Shown here: one piece after another, positions 8,890 to 19,211 of the stretch
How the letters are laid out: each line of letters begins with the position of its first letter
Numbering within the stretch: the stretch's first letter is position 1
Assembly: GCA_964549495.1 (NCBI GenBank)
Contig: CAZJWJ010000006.1
Span: 22,274 to 86,273, forward strand
Source of the DNA: an uncultured Anaerolineales bacterium
GTDB taxonomy: Bacteria > Chloroflexota > Anaerolineae > Epilineales > Epilineaceae
Direction: 5' to 3'
Length of the DNA stretch: 64,000 nt
Made by a program: the position numbers and the translations under genes
The notes under the pieces: model-generated
Database searches by the model: none
Told to the model about the DNA's origin: nothing
What the model saw: the letters and a program-made list of their open reading frames with translations, nothing else

Positions 8890-10434
8890 ATGCGCCTTCC
8901 AAGAATCGTCATGGTCATCGGTTGGGTGGGCATCCTGCTGTCGACGGCAGCGGTGTCCCTCGTGCCCATGGCCGGCCAGGGCTCATCCGCACAGGCAGCG
9001 CCCGCCGCGCTGCCCCTACAGCAGGGTGTCAACGTCAGCGGCATCGTCACCTCGGGTCAGGGAACCTGCTTCCCGGATGCGGTGCTGATCGACTGCAACG
9101 GCACCGCCACCCATCAGCTCCGGGGCCCGGCCGGCTCGGGCTTCTTCACCCCCTACTACAACCAATGGGTCGACATCAGCGGGGCGGTTGCGCAATGCGC
9201 CGCCGGCGACGACTACGTCAACGTCGTCTCGATCAACCCGGGCACCAACCCTTGCGGTCCGCAGCAGCCCACCGCCACCACGGCTCCGGGTCAGCCGACG
9301 GCCACGCCCGTTCCGGGCCAACCGACCGTCACCCCCATCGCCACGGCTCCGATCAGCGGCAACCTGGCCACCGGACGGTCGGTCTTCGCCTCTTCGACCC
9401 AGTCCAGCCATCCGCCCGAGCACGCGGTGGACGGCGATTTGAACACTTGGTGGGCCTCGCTGCCCGGCCGCGATCCCTATCTGGCGGCCCAGAATCGGCA
9501 GTGGATCTACGTCGACCTGGGCTCGCCGCAGCAGGTGACCGACTTCAACCTGACCTGGGGCGACCAGTACTACGCCCGCGGCTACGGCATCTACGTCTGG
9601 GGCGACTGGTGCCGCGGCTGGTGCCACCTCGGCTCGACCAGCTACGGTGACGGCGGCCTGGACGACTGGCAGACCAACGGTCCGGGCGTCGAAGGCCAGT
9701 ACTTCATGTTCTACCTGATCAACCCGGCTTACATCGGCTGGCATTACGAGCTCAAGGAGATCGAGATCCTGGGCGCCGGCGCGGTGCCGGCCGGCTCGAC
9801 CAACGTCGCCTCCGGCAAGGCCTCGGTGGCCCTGAGCCAGGAAGCCGGCTACCCGGCCGGCAACGCCACCGACGGCGATCTGGTCACCGAATGGCGCACC
9901 GCCGCCAACGGCGTGCCGACCTGGCTCTATGTCGACCTGGGCACGACCATGATGGTCGACCGGGCCGTCTTGCGCTGGTCGCCCGGCCTGCACGCCACCG
10001 ACTACACGCTCTACTCCTGGAACGGCCGCAACTGGGTTGCCATGCACACCCAGAGAAGCGGCCAGGGCGGTGACGAGACCGCCAGCTTCTGGGCCGTCCA
10101 GACCCGCTACGTGCTGCTGTATGCCAATGCCGGCGCCAGCAGCCAGGTGGGCCTGCGCGAGCTGGAGGTCTACGAGCGATCCAGCTCCGGTGGTGGCGGC
10201 GGAGGCGGCAACCCGCCGCCGCCCAACCCACCGCGGCCGCCCACGCCCTTCCTCTTCGAGGGTCGGCTGGACGCCGCCAGCGGCCGCCTGGCCGCCCGCC
10301 CGCAGGTCATGCCCCGGGGCCTGGACCTGCCGGCCATCGGCCAGATCCAGCAAGACCTCGAGCAGTTCGGAACCGACGTCTTCGACGCCGTCGATGGCTT
10401 GGGCCTGCCCATCCCGGGCAGCGCCACGGAGTGA
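8890..10434 (+). CDS. Secreted protein with two F5/8 type C (discoidin) domains
   Basis: Real start is MRLPRIVMVIGWVGILLSTAAV (AGGAGA SD); the track start at 8677 is an upstream extension. Two discoidin-like units (NLATGRSVFASS..HAVDGDLNTWWAS and NVASGKASVALS..NATDGDLVTEWRTA), a PT linker, and a poly-Gly/Pro tail. Confidence 0.8.
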   Translation: MRLPRIVMVIGWVGILLSTAAVSLVPMAGQGSSAQAAPAALPLQQGVNVSGIVTSGQGTCFPDAVLIDCNGTATHQLRGPAGSGFFTPYYNQWVDISGAVAQCAAGDDYVNVVSINPGTNPCGPQQPTATTAPGQPTATPVPGQPTVTPIATAPISGNLATGRSVFASSTQSSHPPEHAVDGDLNTWWASLPGRDPYLAAQNRQWIYVDLGSPQQVTDFNLTWGDQYYARGYGIYVWGDWCRGWCHLGSTSYGDGGLDDWQTNGPGVEGQYFMFYLINPAYIGWHYELKEIEILGAGAVPAGSTNVASGKASVALSQEAGYPAGNATDGDLVTEWRTAANGVPTWLYVDLGTTMMVDRAVLRWSPGLHATDYTLYSWNGRNWVAMHTQRSGQGGDETASFWAVQTRYVLLYANAGASSQVGLRELEVYERSSSGGGGGGGNPPPPNPPRPPTPFLFEGRLDAASGRLAARPQVMPRGLDLPAIGQIQQDLEQFGTDVFDAVDGLGLPIPGSATE

Positions 10435-10516
10435 TCGCGGCTCGGCCGGGCGCGCGGGCCTAGCCTAGCCCGGCGCGCCCCGCCGACGACTGAGGAGCGA
10501 GCAGAAGACGCAAAGC

Positions 10517-10549
10517 AGGGGGCCGGTCGGAAGTTCCGACCGGCCCCCT
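10517..10549. terminator. Bidirectional stem-loop between convergent genes
   Basis: Perfect 15-bp inverted repeat AGGGGGCCGGTCGGA / TCCGACCGGCCCCCT with a 3-nt loop. It lies between the stop of the discoidin gene (10434) and the stop of the thiolase gene (10636). There is no long T tract. Confidence 0.6.
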
Positions 10550-10635
10550 GTGATGTGCTTCGGTTCGAAGGGGAGCGTCTCGATTGCCGCCCACGTCACG
10601 GTGGTGGTACACCGAGACGGTCAGGCCGAAGCGGC

Positions 10636-11835
10636 CTAGACCATCTCGATGGCCATGGCCACCGCCTCGCCGCCGCCCAGGCAGGCCGTGGCCAGGCCCA
10701 GCTTGCCGCCGCGTGCGGCCAGGGCGTGCATCAGGGTGACGACGATGCGGGCGCCGCTGGCGCCGATGGGATGGCCCAGCGCGATGGCGCCACCGTTGAC
10801 GTTGACCTTGTCCCAATCCCAGCCCGGCAGCAGGTCGCCGTCGGCCAGGGTCTGGGCCGCGAAGGCCTCGTTGATCTCGATCAGATCGAAGTCGGTCAGG
10901 CTCAGGCCGGTCTTCTCCAAGAGGCGCTTGACGCCGTGGACCGGCGCCAGGAAGATCTCCTTCGGATCGCCGGCCGCCTGGGCATAGCCCACGACGCGGG
11001 CCTTGGGCCTGTGACCCTGCTCGGATGCCCAGTCGGCACCGGCCACCACCAGGGCGGCCCCGCCGCTGTTGAGCCCGGGCGCGTTGCCGGCCGTGACCGT
11101 ACCCTCTTTGCTGAAGACCGGTCGCAGCCGGCCCAGGGCCTCCATGCTCGAGTCGCGGCGCGGGCTCTCGTCGGTGTCGACCACCGTCACCGCGCCCTTG
11201 CGGCCGGGCACCTCGACCGGCACGATCTCGGCCGCGAAGGCGCCCGAGTCGATGGCCGCGATGGCCTTCCGGTGGCTGTCGAGGGCGAACTCGTCCTGCC
11301 GGTCGCGGGGGATCTGGCATTCCTGGGCCACCCAATCGGCCGCGGCGCCCATGTGCCAGTCCTCCAAGGCGCACCACAGTCCATCGTGCACCGCCAGATC
11401 GACCGCCTGCTTGTCGAAGAGCCGGAATCCGGCCCGCGCATCGGGCAGGGTATAGGGCGCCTGGTACATGTTTTCCATGCCGCCGGTGACCATCAGGTCG
11501 GCCTCTCCGACCCGGATGGCCTGGCTGGCCAGCATGATGGCCTTCATGCCCGAGCCGCAGACCTTGTTGATGGTGCTGGCGCTGACGCTGTAGGGAATGC
11601 CGGCCTTCACCGCCGCCTGCCGCGCCGGCGCTTGGCCGGCACCGGCCTGCAGCACCATGCCCATCAGCACCTCGTCGACGCGCGCCGGGTCGACGCCGGC
11701 GCGCTCGATGGCGGCCCGGATGGCCGTGGCGCCAAGCTCGGTGGCCGGCAGTTTGGAGACCTGCCCCTCGAAGCTGCCGATGGGGGTTCGGGCGCCCGAG
11801 AGAATGACCACCTCGCGCTTGCCATGATCGTTCAC
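10636..11835 (-). CDS. Acetyl-CoA acetyltransferase (thiolase II)
   Basis: VVILSGARTPIGSF, INKVCGSGMKA (nucleophile Cys), NVNGGAIALGHPIGASG, ACLGGGEAVAM. The GTG start at 11835 with a GGAAGCGAGGA SD gives a ~399-aa product; the track start at 11913 is an extension. Confidence 0.9.
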   Translation of the reverse strand: MNDHGKREVVILSGARTPIGSFEGQVSKLPATELGATAIRAAIERAGVDPARVDEVLMGMVLQAGAGQAPARQAAVKAGIPYSVSASTINKVCGSGMKAIMLASQAIRVGEADLMVTGGMENMYQAPYTLPDARAGFRLFDKQAVDLAVHDGLWCALEDWHMGAAADWVAQECQIPRDRQDEFALDSHRKAIAAIDSGAFAAEIVPVEVPGRKGAVTVVDTDESPRRDSSMEALGRLRPVFSKEGTVTAGNAPGLNSGGAALVVAGADWASEQGHRPKARVVGYAQAAGDPKEIFLAPVHGVKRLLEKTGLSLTDFDLIEINEAFAAQTLADGDLLPGWDWDKVNVNGGAIALGHPIGASGARIVVTLMHALAARGGKLGLATACLGGGEAVAMAIEMV

Positions 11836-12064
11836 GCTGTCCTCGCTTCCGCGTTGTCGTGTGGGGAAATCAGCCCCGGAGTCCGCGATCGGCGCCCATC
11901 CTCTAGACCGCATGATGGGCGGCGGCTCGCCGGGGAGCGACCCTCAATTGTCTCCGAAGCGCCCTGCAAAGCAAAAAGGCGGCGCCCCTCGTGGGACGCC
12001 GCTCCAAGTTTCCGTTCAAGGATGCTTCCGCCGGCAGCGCATCCACGATAGAACATCCGTTCGT

Positions 12065-13495
12065 TCAAGTCAAGCGCTCGGCCGCCTCGATCAGCCGGCG
12101 CGCAAACTGGCCCAGGCCGCCCCAGAGCTCGGGCCGACCCGGTTCCAGATTGTGGAGGATGTGCTGGTAACTCACGGCCTGATGGAGCTCGGTGGCGACC
12201 CGCGCCAGGGGCCAGAGGGGCTCGATCGAGATCTCCGGCCGCAGCTCGGCCCAGCCGGCGGCATAGGCATCCTGCAACCGACCTCGCCGGGCATCGTCCT
12301 CCTCGAAGGCGATCAGCAGCAAGTCGACCATGGGGTGGGCGATGCAGGCATCGGTCCAGTCGAAGATGACGAAGTCCTCCCCGCGCAGCGCCAGGTTGCC
12401 TGGATGCAGGTCGCCGTGCACCAGGACGTTGGGCAGGCCGGCGGCTGCCAGACGCTGGCAGGCCTCCACGATGGCCGGTAAGACCGCTCGCAAGCGCTCG
12501 ATCTCCTCGGCCTGCAGCGACTCGGCCAACAAGGGGTCGTCCAGGAGCGCATGAGCTTGTTCGATCGCCACCGCGAGGCCTCGATCCGGGCAGCCCACCT
12601 CGCGCCAGATCTCGAGTCTCTCGGCAGTGGATGCCTGGAAGCCGGGAAGCGCGGCCAGCAGCTCCAGCTTCAATCGCTCGCGATGCGCTTCGTCCATGTC
12701 TTCCCGTGAGTAGACCGGCGGGCCCAGGTCGCGCATCAGGAGCCAGCCCGGACCGGGCCGCGCTCCCATGATCTCGGGCGCCCAGCGCGGAAGATGTCGC
12801 GCCAAGGCCAGGGTAAAGGCCGCCTCGTCGACGAAGAGCGGCTGCTCTCCGGAGGCCTTGAACCATACCGGCCCATCCTCCGTCGGGGCGCGCAGGACAC
12901 AGGAGATGCCCCAGCTCTTGACCTGCTCGACCGGACCCGTGCGGCGCACACCCCGATCGGCCAGGCAACCATCGATCCACTCGCAAGCCTCGCGGTGCCA
13001 ACCGGAACGCTCGCGCGCCCAGGGTGGCCGTTGCACGGGGACCCGACCGCTGGTCTGCTCTTCGAGCCAGGCTTCGACCGCCTGTCGACCCAAGGCGTCC
13101 AGAGGCGCCAGCCGATCGAAGGCGCCGGCTTCGACCCAGGACCAGCCCTCGGCAGGGGCCTGCCCTGCCGAGGGCCACTCGGCCACCATCACCAGCTCTT
13201 GATTCCGCGTTTCCTCGTCCACCTCGCGGGCCGCTCGGCGCAGCATGCGCAAGCCCTCGACGCCCAGGAGCTCGCCGAGTGACGCTACGAACCAAGCCGA
13301 GTCGGGGGCCCAAACGAAGCGCGCCGCTTCGGCGACCGGCAAGACCGGCTGATGGTCGATCTCATCGGATTCGACACGCGCTCGGTCCTCGCCCCCTGAT
13401 TCGAGCCCCGCGCGCACGAGGATGGCCGGACGCTCGGGATGCAGCACCAGAAACTGGACCTGCGTCCGCCAGGTCGGCTCTTGATCATGGCTCAC
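12065..13495 (-). CDS. Aminoglycoside-phosphotransferase-like (APH/ChoK) kinase-fold protein
   Basis: Catalytic/Mg loop VLVHGDLHPGNLALRGEDFVIFDWTDACIAHPMVDL. GTG start with a GAGGAG SD. Confidence 0.7.
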   Translation of the reverse strand: MSHDQEPTWRTQVQFLVLHPERPAILVRAGLESGGEDRARVESDEIDHQPVLPVAEAARFVWAPDSAWFVASLGELLGVEGLRMLRRAAREVDEETRNQELVMVAEWPSAGQAPAEGWSWVEAGAFDRLAPLDALGRQAVEAWLEEQTSGRVPVQRPPWARERSGWHREACEWIDGCLADRGVRRTGPVEQVKSWGISCVLRAPTEDGPVWFKASGEQPLFVDEAAFTLALARHLPRWAPEIMGARPGPGWLLMRDLGPPVYSREDMDEAHRERLKLELLAALPGFQASTAERLEIWREVGCPDRGLAVAIEQAHALLDDPLLAESLQAEEIERLRAVLPAIVEACQRLAAAGLPNVLVHGDLHPGNLALRGEDFVIFDWTDACIAHPMVDLLLIAFEEDDARRGRLQDAYAAGWAELRPEISIEPLWPLARVATELHQAVSYQHILHNLEPGRPELWGGLGQFARRLIEAAERLT

Positions 13496-13697
13496 ATCGA
13501 TCTCCTCTAGGCGCGGTCATTCCGGCGCCGGCCCTCCGTCGGTCGAGCGTCGGTCGGGCGCCGGCCGAGCGTGGTCGGCGCGACACGCAAGACGCTGGCC
13601 AGGGCGTACAATGGATGCCGGTCGACCGACCCCTTTGGCCCGATTTGGCAACATCCGAACCTTCACCCGGTCACGCATCAACGGAGCGTCCCACACT

Positions 13698-14285
13698 ATG
13701 CAGATTCCCTTCCGCATCGCCCTCGCCTCGAGCATGCTCGTCCTGGGCCTGTCCGTCGTCTTCTCCAACCACGCCTCGGCTCAGATGGACGCCAGCGAGT
13801 CCGAGAGTTCGGACGGCCAGATGATGGCCGAGACGAGCATGGCCGAGACCGAACCGTCGACCACCCAGGCCACCGAAGCCGCGATGGAGCCGATGACCTC
13901 GGCCGACACGCCCTGCCTGCCGGCCGGCGAGTCCAGCACCACGATGACCGATACCTGGGTCCCGCTGGCCCATGGCGAGACCAAGATCTTCCTCTGCAGC
14001 GCCAGCGCCGGCACCAGCTATCGCTTCGACGTGGTCTACGATGCCGCCGACACGGTGCCCGGCGACGGCGGCAACTATATCGCCATCGAGAGCTATCGCC
14101 TCAACCACGTCGGCGTGGCCTGGGGCAATCGTTCCAGCGAGCCCAACGGCGACGATCGCGAGACGGTCGCCCGCAGCGCCGACACGAACGAGGTCTGGCA
14201 GATCCAGGTGACCAACACCGCGAGCAGCCCGGCCTACGACACGAGCTTCTGGTTGAGCAGCCACCGGCTCTCCGGAAGCGACTGA
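13698..14285 (+). CDS. Small secreted protein, unknown function
   Basis: Signal peptide MQIPFRIALASSMLVLGLSVVFSNHASAQ, an acidic S/T/E/M-rich linker, then a ~130-aa beta-rich domain. The track start at 13611 is an extension. Confidence 0.55.
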   Translation: MQIPFRIALASSMLVLGLSVVFSNHASAQMDASESESSDGQMMAETSMAETEPSTTQATEAAMEPMTSADTPCLPAGESSTTMTDTWVPLAHGETKIFLCSASAGTSYRFDVVYDAADTVPGDGGNYIAIESYRLNHVGVAWGNRSSEPNGDDRETVARSADTNEVWQIQVTNTASSPAYDTSFWLSSHRLSGSD

Positions 14286-14371
14286 GTTCTGAGCCCCTCC
14301 GCTTCGGCCGGGGCCGACCCTTTGCCCCCAGCCCCGGTGCATTTGCGGTAGCCGACCCTTCGGGCTACCAA

Positions 14372-14413
14372 CCGCGAGCCGGACGCGCCCGCCCGGGTGC
14401 GTCCGGCTCGCGG
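14372..14413. terminator. Stem-loop(s) between convergent genes
   Basis: 15-bp perfect arms CCGCGAGCCGGACGC / GCGTCCGGCTCGCGG with a 12-nt loop. A second, weaker hairpin GGTAGCC...GGCTACC sits at ~14347-14369. The location is between stop 14285 (+) and stop 14455 (-). Confidence 0.5.
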
Positions 14414-14454
14414 TCTGTCCGGGGATCGTCAGGTGGCGTGCATGGCCCCGTCGG

Positions 14455-14757
14455 TCACGGAGATCGTTTGCCATCGCGTCGATCGACGGCCTGCCCTCGG
14501 TCTCGCTCGTCTGGATCCTCCGAGACCGATTCGCCATCGATCTCCTGCAGTCGCAGCTCGGCCGCGGAGAGGATCTCGGCGCAGCGCTGGCTGAGGCCCA
14601 CGGCGCCCTCGTAGAGCTCGATCGACGCATCCAGGGACAGCTCGCCGTCCTCCAGGCGCCGCACGGCCTCGTCGAGCAGCTCCAGGGCGGTCTCGAAGTC
14701 GATGGATGCCAGATCGATCTGTCCCAGGTCGTCCAGGCTCGGTCGGGGCTCGCTCAC
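14455..14757 (-). CDS. xseB: Exodeoxyribonuclease VII small subunit
   Basis: FETALELLDEAVRRLEDGELSLDASIELYEGAVGLSQRCAEILSAAELRLQEI. The GTG start overlaps the xseA stop (GTGA). Confidence 0.85.
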   Translation of the reverse strand: MSEPRPSLDDLGQIDLASIDFETALELLDEAVRRLEDGELSLDASIELYEGAVGLSQRCAEILSAAELRLQEIDGESVSEDPDERDRGQAVDRRDGKRSP

Positions 14758-15983
14758 GTCGGCTTCTCCTCGTCGTCGGGTTCGAAGAGGCGCGGCTGGC
14801 CGGCGGCCAGGGCCTCGATCTGTCCATCGGAAAGGCGGATGCGCAGGGCCTCGCCGGGCGCCACGTCGCCGGTGCGGCGCACCGTGCTGCCGTCACGATC
14901 GCGGCTGACCAGGGCGAAGCCCCGGTCGAGCACCGCCTGGGGGCTGATGGCCTCCAGGCGTTCGGCGCGGGCCTGCAGGCCGGCCCGCCGCAGCCGCAGA
15001 TCGGCGGCGGTCGCCCGCCGCATGCGATCGCGGAAATCCGAGAGATCCTGGCGGGCCTCGGCGATCCGCCGGCTCGGCGCGCAGCGCGCCAAGCGCTGCT
15101 GCAGCTGGCCATGGACCTCGCCGGCGGTCTCGACCCGCCGGCCTACCAATCGCTCGATGCGCAGCCGCGACGCATCCACCGACATGCGCAGCTCGCCCAC
15201 GTCTGGCGTGGCCAGCTCGGCGGCGGCCGAGGGCGTCGGCGCGCGCAGGTCGGCCGCGAAGTCGGCGATGCTGAAGTCGATCTCGTGCCCCACGCCCGCC
15301 ACCACCGGTACCGGGCAGGCCACGATGGCCCGCGCCACCGCCTCGTCGTTGAAGGCCCACAGGTCCTCCAGGCTGCCGCCGCCGCGGGTGAGGATGACCA
15401 AATCGACGCCGGCCGCGCCCACCGCCGCCAGGGCGCGGACGATCTGCGGCGGCGCGGACTCGCCCTGTACCGCGGTCGGCGCCAGCAGCAGCTCGGCCAC
15501 CGGCCAGCGGCGCTCGAGTACGTTGAGCACATCGCGCAGCGCGGCGGCCTGCCGGCTGGTGACGATGCCGATGCGCATGGGGTAGGCCGGCAAGGGCCGC
15601 TTGCGCTCGGCCTCGAAGAGCCCCTCCGCGGCCAGCTTGCGCTTGAGCGCCTCGAAGCGGGCGTGCAGCTCGCCCAGACCGGCCGGCTCCACCCGGTCGA
15701 CCTGCAGCTGATACTCGCCCCGGTCGGCGTAGACCGAGACCCGACCGTGCATGCGGAACTTGCCGCCGTCCTCGGGCAGGTGGTCCTGGCGCGCGGCCTG
15801 GAACTTCCACATCACGCAGCGGATGCTGGCCGCGTCGTCCTTGAGCGAGAAGTACCAGTGACCGCTGGCGTAGTTGCGGCAGTTGGAGACCTCGCCCTCG
15901 ACCCAGACGTCCTCCAGCAGCGGATCGCGCTCGAGCAGTCCCTTGATGTGGGCCGTCAGCTCGGTGACGCTCAGCTCGTTCAT
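14754..15983 (-). CDS. xseA: Exodeoxyribonuclease VII large subunit
   Basis: MNELSVTELTAHIKGLLERDPLLEDVWVEGEVSNCRNYASGHWYFSLKDD (OB fold), then IGIVTS..ALRDV, TRGGGSLEDLWAFN. The ATG overlaps the stop of the upstream gene (ATGA at 15980-15983). Only the C-terminal 409 aa of the 967-aa track ORF are real. Confidence 0.9.
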   Translation of the reverse strand: MNELSVTELTAHIKGLLERDPLLEDVWVEGEVSNCRNYASGHWYFSLKDDAASIRCVMWKFQAARQDHLPEDGGKFRMHGRVSVYADRGEYQLQVDRVEPAGLGELHARFEALKRKLAAEGLFEAERKRPLPAYPMRIGIVTSRQAAALRDVLNVLERRWPVAELLLAPTAVQGESAPPQIVRALAAVGAAGVDLVILTRGGGSLEDLWAFNDEAVARAIVACPVPVVAGVGHEIDFSIADFAADLRAPTPSAAAELATPDVGELRMSVDASRLRIERLVGRRVETAGEVHGQLQQRLARCAPSRRIAEARQDLSDFRDRMRRATAADLRLRRAGLQARAERLEAISPQAVLDRGFALVSRDRDGSTVRRTGDVAPGEALRIRLSDGQIEALAAGQPRLFEPDDEEKPT

Positions 15984-17227
15984 GCCTCGGCCTCGTCGAC
16001 GGTCTCCGCCGCCGAGCCCGATTCCTCGTCGATGGCCCCGCTGCCGTACTGCTCCAGCACCATCCGCCGCGCCGCTTCGATCAGCTCGCGTTCCGGCTCG
16101 TCCTCGGCCGCGCCGGCAAAGGCCTGGGCCACGCGGTCGATCTCGCCGCGGGCGCTGACCCGCGACTCGCCGGCCGGCTTCAGGTCGCCCATCGCGCGCT
16201 CCTCGATCGACAGCAGGTGCCGGTCCAGGTCGAAGTAGAAGTTCAGCTCGCTTCCCAGCTGCCAGAGCTCGCGCGGGCGCAGCTGGTGGTAGGTCTTGCG
16301 CGAGAGCGGGCCCTCCAGCCGGACCTGCAGGATCTGGTCCGGGGCCGAGAAGGCCCGGATGCGCTCGGCCAGCCACTCGGTCGGCGCTTCCTCGGGCAGG
16401 TCCGTGGCGCGGATGGTCTCGCGCCGCATCGGCTGCGGGTTGAGGTGGATGGCCTTGGTCCGGATGCGGCAGGGCCGGCCCGCTTCGATCTGAAGGTCGA
16501 TGAAGCCGCATTTCAGCTCCAGCTCGCCGAAGCTCAGCCGCTCCGTCGGCCCGGGAAAGACCAAGGGCACCCCGCCGATCTCCCGGCTCTTGGCGCCGTG
16601 GATGTGGCCCACCAGGAGCTGGTCGACCACCCCGGCCAGATTGGCGATGGAGTCGTGGGTGATGGTGGCCTCCTCGGCCTTGGCGTGCAGCATGCCCTCG
16701 ACCGCGTAATGCGTGACCAGCAGGGCCGCCTCGGCGCCCTCGGGTCGTCGAATCGGCTCGACCAGGCGCGCGAAGGGATCGGCGTCGCGCGGCAGGCGCG
16801 GGTCGGGCGGCAGGCCGCCGATGGCCACCTGCATCCCGCCCAAGGCCCCGCTCCACCAGGTGACGGCCGTCGGGTCGATGAAGACCGTGGCCAGGCGCAC
16901 CTTCTCGAAGAGCCGCTGCGGCGTCGAGCCGGACAGGCGGGTTTTGGGGATGTCGTGGTTGCCGCCGATCAGGAAGGTGCGGATGCCGGCATCGCCCAGG
17001 CGCTGGAGCTGCTCGGCCACCCAGGTCAGCTCGGTGGCCCGCGGGTTGGGCCCGTCGAAGAGGTCGCCGCCGTGGATGTAGGCGTCGGCCTTGCTCGACA
17101 GGGCGTAGTCGATGGTCTCGCCCCAGGCTTCGCGCAGCTGGCTTCGGCGCCGCGAGAGCTGCTCGGGCGTCATGCGAGCATAGTGCTTGTTCAGATGGCT
17201 GTCGGAGGCGAAGATGATTCGGGGCAT
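15980..17227 (-). CDS. Mre11/SbcD-like metallophosphoesterase nuclease
   Basis: Calcineurin-like phosphoesterase motifs in order: FASDSHLN, HGGDLFD, IGGNHDIP, LLVTHYAVEG, LLVGHIHGA. A ~150-aa C-terminal extension follows. Confidence 0.8.
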   Translation of the reverse strand: MPRIIFASDSHLNKHYARMTPEQLSRRRSQLREAWGETIDYALSSKADAYIHGGDLFDGPNPRATELTWVAEQLQRLGDAGIRTFLIGGNHDIPKTRLSGSTPQRLFEKVRLATVFIDPTAVTWWSGALGGMQVAIGGLPPDPRLPRDADPFARLVEPIRRPEGAEAALLVTHYAVEGMLHAKAEEATITHDSIANLAGVVDQLLVGHIHGAKSREIGGVPLVFPGPTERLSFGELELKCGFIDLQIEAGRPCRIRTKAIHLNPQPMRRETIRATDLPEEAPTEWLAERIRAFSAPDQILQVRLEGPLSRKTYHQLRPRELWQLGSELNFYFDLDRHLLSIEERAMGDLKPAGESRVSARGEIDRVAQAFAGAAEDEPERELIEAARRMVLEQYGSGAIDEESGSAAETVDEAEA

Positions 17228-17236
17228 GGGGCGGGT

Positions 17237-19117
17237 CTAGATCTCCTCTTGCCAGGGCTGCCGGCCGCGGGCCTCGCGCTCGGCCTCCAGGCGGCCGGCA
17301 TAGCGCTCGACGCCCAGATCCTCCCGCGCGCGGGCCAGGGCCTTCACCAGATCGATGTCGCTGCCGCCTTCGTCGCTCTCGCGTCGCCGCACGCGCACCA
17401 TCACCGGCACGCGCACGGTCGGGCCGAGGACCACCGCCTCGCCGACGTTCAGGCCCGGCAGGTCGGCCAAGAGGCTCTCGGAGATGCTCTCGGAGGCGCG
17501 GCGGACCGCGTTCTGGTCCTCCGGGTTGGTCAGGCGCATGATGATCTGGCTGCCGCATTGCGAGAGCGTGTCCTGGTGCACCCGGTAGGGCCGCTGGGTG
17601 ACCAGCACCAGGAAGATGCCAAACTTGCGACCCTCGCTGGCCACGCGCTTGAGCCACCAGCCGGCCTGCCCCTCGTCGCGGCCCGAGGGCACGAAGTTGT
17701 GCGCCTCCTCGAGCACGATGAAGACCGGCCGCGCCAGGCCGTCGCGGGTGGCCGTCTTCCAGACCTCGCTGACGATCTTGGTCACCAGGAAGTCGGCGAT
17801 GCGCCGATCGACGCCGGCCAAGTCGACCGCCGAGAGGCGCATCGGCCGCAGAAGCGCCTCCAGCGGCACGTCCTTGAAGCCCCAGATGCCCAGGGCGGCC
17901 AGGAAGTCGATGTACTTGAGCGCCTTGGCCGCGCCGCTGATCGCGTCGTCGGTCGGCGGCCGTTGGGCGCGCCGGCCACCGGCCGCCTCGCGTGCCTCGC
18001 GCCGCGCCTCGGCCCGCTGCCGGGCCCGTTCCTCCGGGTCGCCGAACCAGTCGTCGGAGTTGTCGGAGTCGGGTAGGCTGTCCGGGGGCTGGTCGTCGTC
18101 GCGACGCTCGATGGATGCGTCGCCCTCGGCGCCCGCCGAGGCGACGTATTCCTGGACATCGAAGCCCTCGGCCGGCATCCCCTCGGGCGGCGCGCCGGCG
18201 AAGCCGGCGATCAGCTCGAGCTCGGCGCGCAGGTCCTCGGCCGAGTAGTCGCGGCCGGCCAGGCGGTCGACGGCGGTGCGCACCGCGTGGCGGATGTTGG
18301 TGGCCTTCTCGCTGATGCCGGCCAGGTCGCAGACCTCGTCGACCTCCAGACCGCTGAAGCGCACGCTCAAGTGCTCGACGCCGCCGATCTCCTCGTCGCC
18401 GATGCGGTTCTGCTGCTCGTTGGGCACGCGGTAGACCTGCACCCGCTCGGCAAAGGGCGTCGGCCGGCGCTCGGGCGTGCGGCCCATCAGCACGTAGTCG
18501 CTGTTGGGGTCGAAGACCATCACCGTGCCGCCCAGCTGCAGGAGCTGCTCGAGCAGCACGCCGACGGTGTAGCTCTTGCCGGCGCCGGTCTGGGCGATGA
18601 CCGCCATGTGGCGGCGCAGGCCGTTGGGGTCCATCTGGACTTCGACGCCGGGCCGGTTGATCAGCGAGCCGATGTGCAGGCCGTCCGTCACGCCCTTGCC
18701 GAAGAATTCGCGCAGCATGTCGTCGGGCGCGCGCTCGACCGGCGCGCCGGGCATGGCCGCGCCGCGGGGCAGGCGCACCGAGCGCGTCTCCGGGTCCAGG
18801 TAGCCCAGCACCTTGGCCTCGCCGACCACCACCGGCGGCGAGGCGCCCAGCCGGCGCAGGATGGCCTCGACCTCGGCATAGCTCATCGACTGCGAGAGCA
18901 GCCGGCTGTTGACGCTCAGGCTGGCCACCTGGGCCAGGATGTCCACCTGGCGCGGCCGGCCCGCCCCGCTCTCCTCGCGCAAGCCGCGCAGCCGGATGTA
19001 CTCCAGCCGCGGCGGCGCCATCTCGGGCGTGGTGACGAAGGTGAAGGCATCGGTGCGCACCTCGCCGACCACGTAGCCGACGGCGGCGTCTCGATTCTCG
19101 TCGCTTTCAGCGTTCAT
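17237..19117 (-). CDS. herA: HerA-like (DUF87/FtsK-HerA superfamily) hexameric ATPase
   Basis: N-terminal HAS-barrel-like region (VGYVVGEVRTDAFTFVT), Walker A AQTGAGKSYTVG, Walker B VFIVLEEAHNF, VLVTQRP. An acidic/Arg-rich insertion sits between the Walker motifs. Confidence 0.8.
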   Translation of the reverse strand: MNAESDENRDAAVGYVVGEVRTDAFTFVTTPEMAPPRLEYIRLRGLREESGAGRPRQVDILAQVASLSVNSRLLSQSMSYAEVEAILRRLGASPPVVVGEAKVLGYLDPETRSVRLPRGAAMPGAPVERAPDDMLREFFGKGVTDGLHIGSLINRPGVEVQMDPNGLRRHMAVIAQTGAGKSYTVGVLLEQLLQLGGTVMVFDPNSDYVLMGRTPERRPTPFAERVQVYRVPNEQQNRIGDEEIGGVEHLSVRFSGLEVDEVCDLAGISEKATNIRHAVRTAVDRLAGRDYSAEDLRAELELIAGFAGAPPEGMPAEGFDVQEYVASAGAEGDASIERRDDDQPPDSLPDSDNSDDWFGDPEERARQRAEARREAREAAGGRRAQRPPTDDAISGAAKALKYIDFLAALGIWGFKDVPLEALLRPMRLSAVDLAGVDRRIADFLVTKIVSEVWKTATRDGLARPVFIVLEEAHNFVPSGRDEGQAGWWLKRVASEGRKFGIFLVLVTQRPYRVHQDTLSQCGSQIIMRLTNPEDQNAVRRASESISESLLADLPGLNVGEAVVLGPTVRVPVMVRVRRRESDEGGSDIDLVKALARAREDLGVERYAGRLEAEREARGRQPWQEEI

Positions 19118-19211
19118 GGTCCATGTCCTCGATCATCGCTGGACGTTCGCGGGTCCACTCGTGTGCGCGTCGACGGTCGATGCCGAACACGGCTCCGCCT
19201 CTCGCCACCGC

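Noticed and set aside
14754-17657. 967-aa ORF treated as one gene
   Set aside because: Only the last 409 aa (from MNELSV, 15983) are XseA. The upstream part is an out-of-frame read-through of the Mre11-like and HerA genes with an Arg/Gly/Pro-rich nonsense translation.
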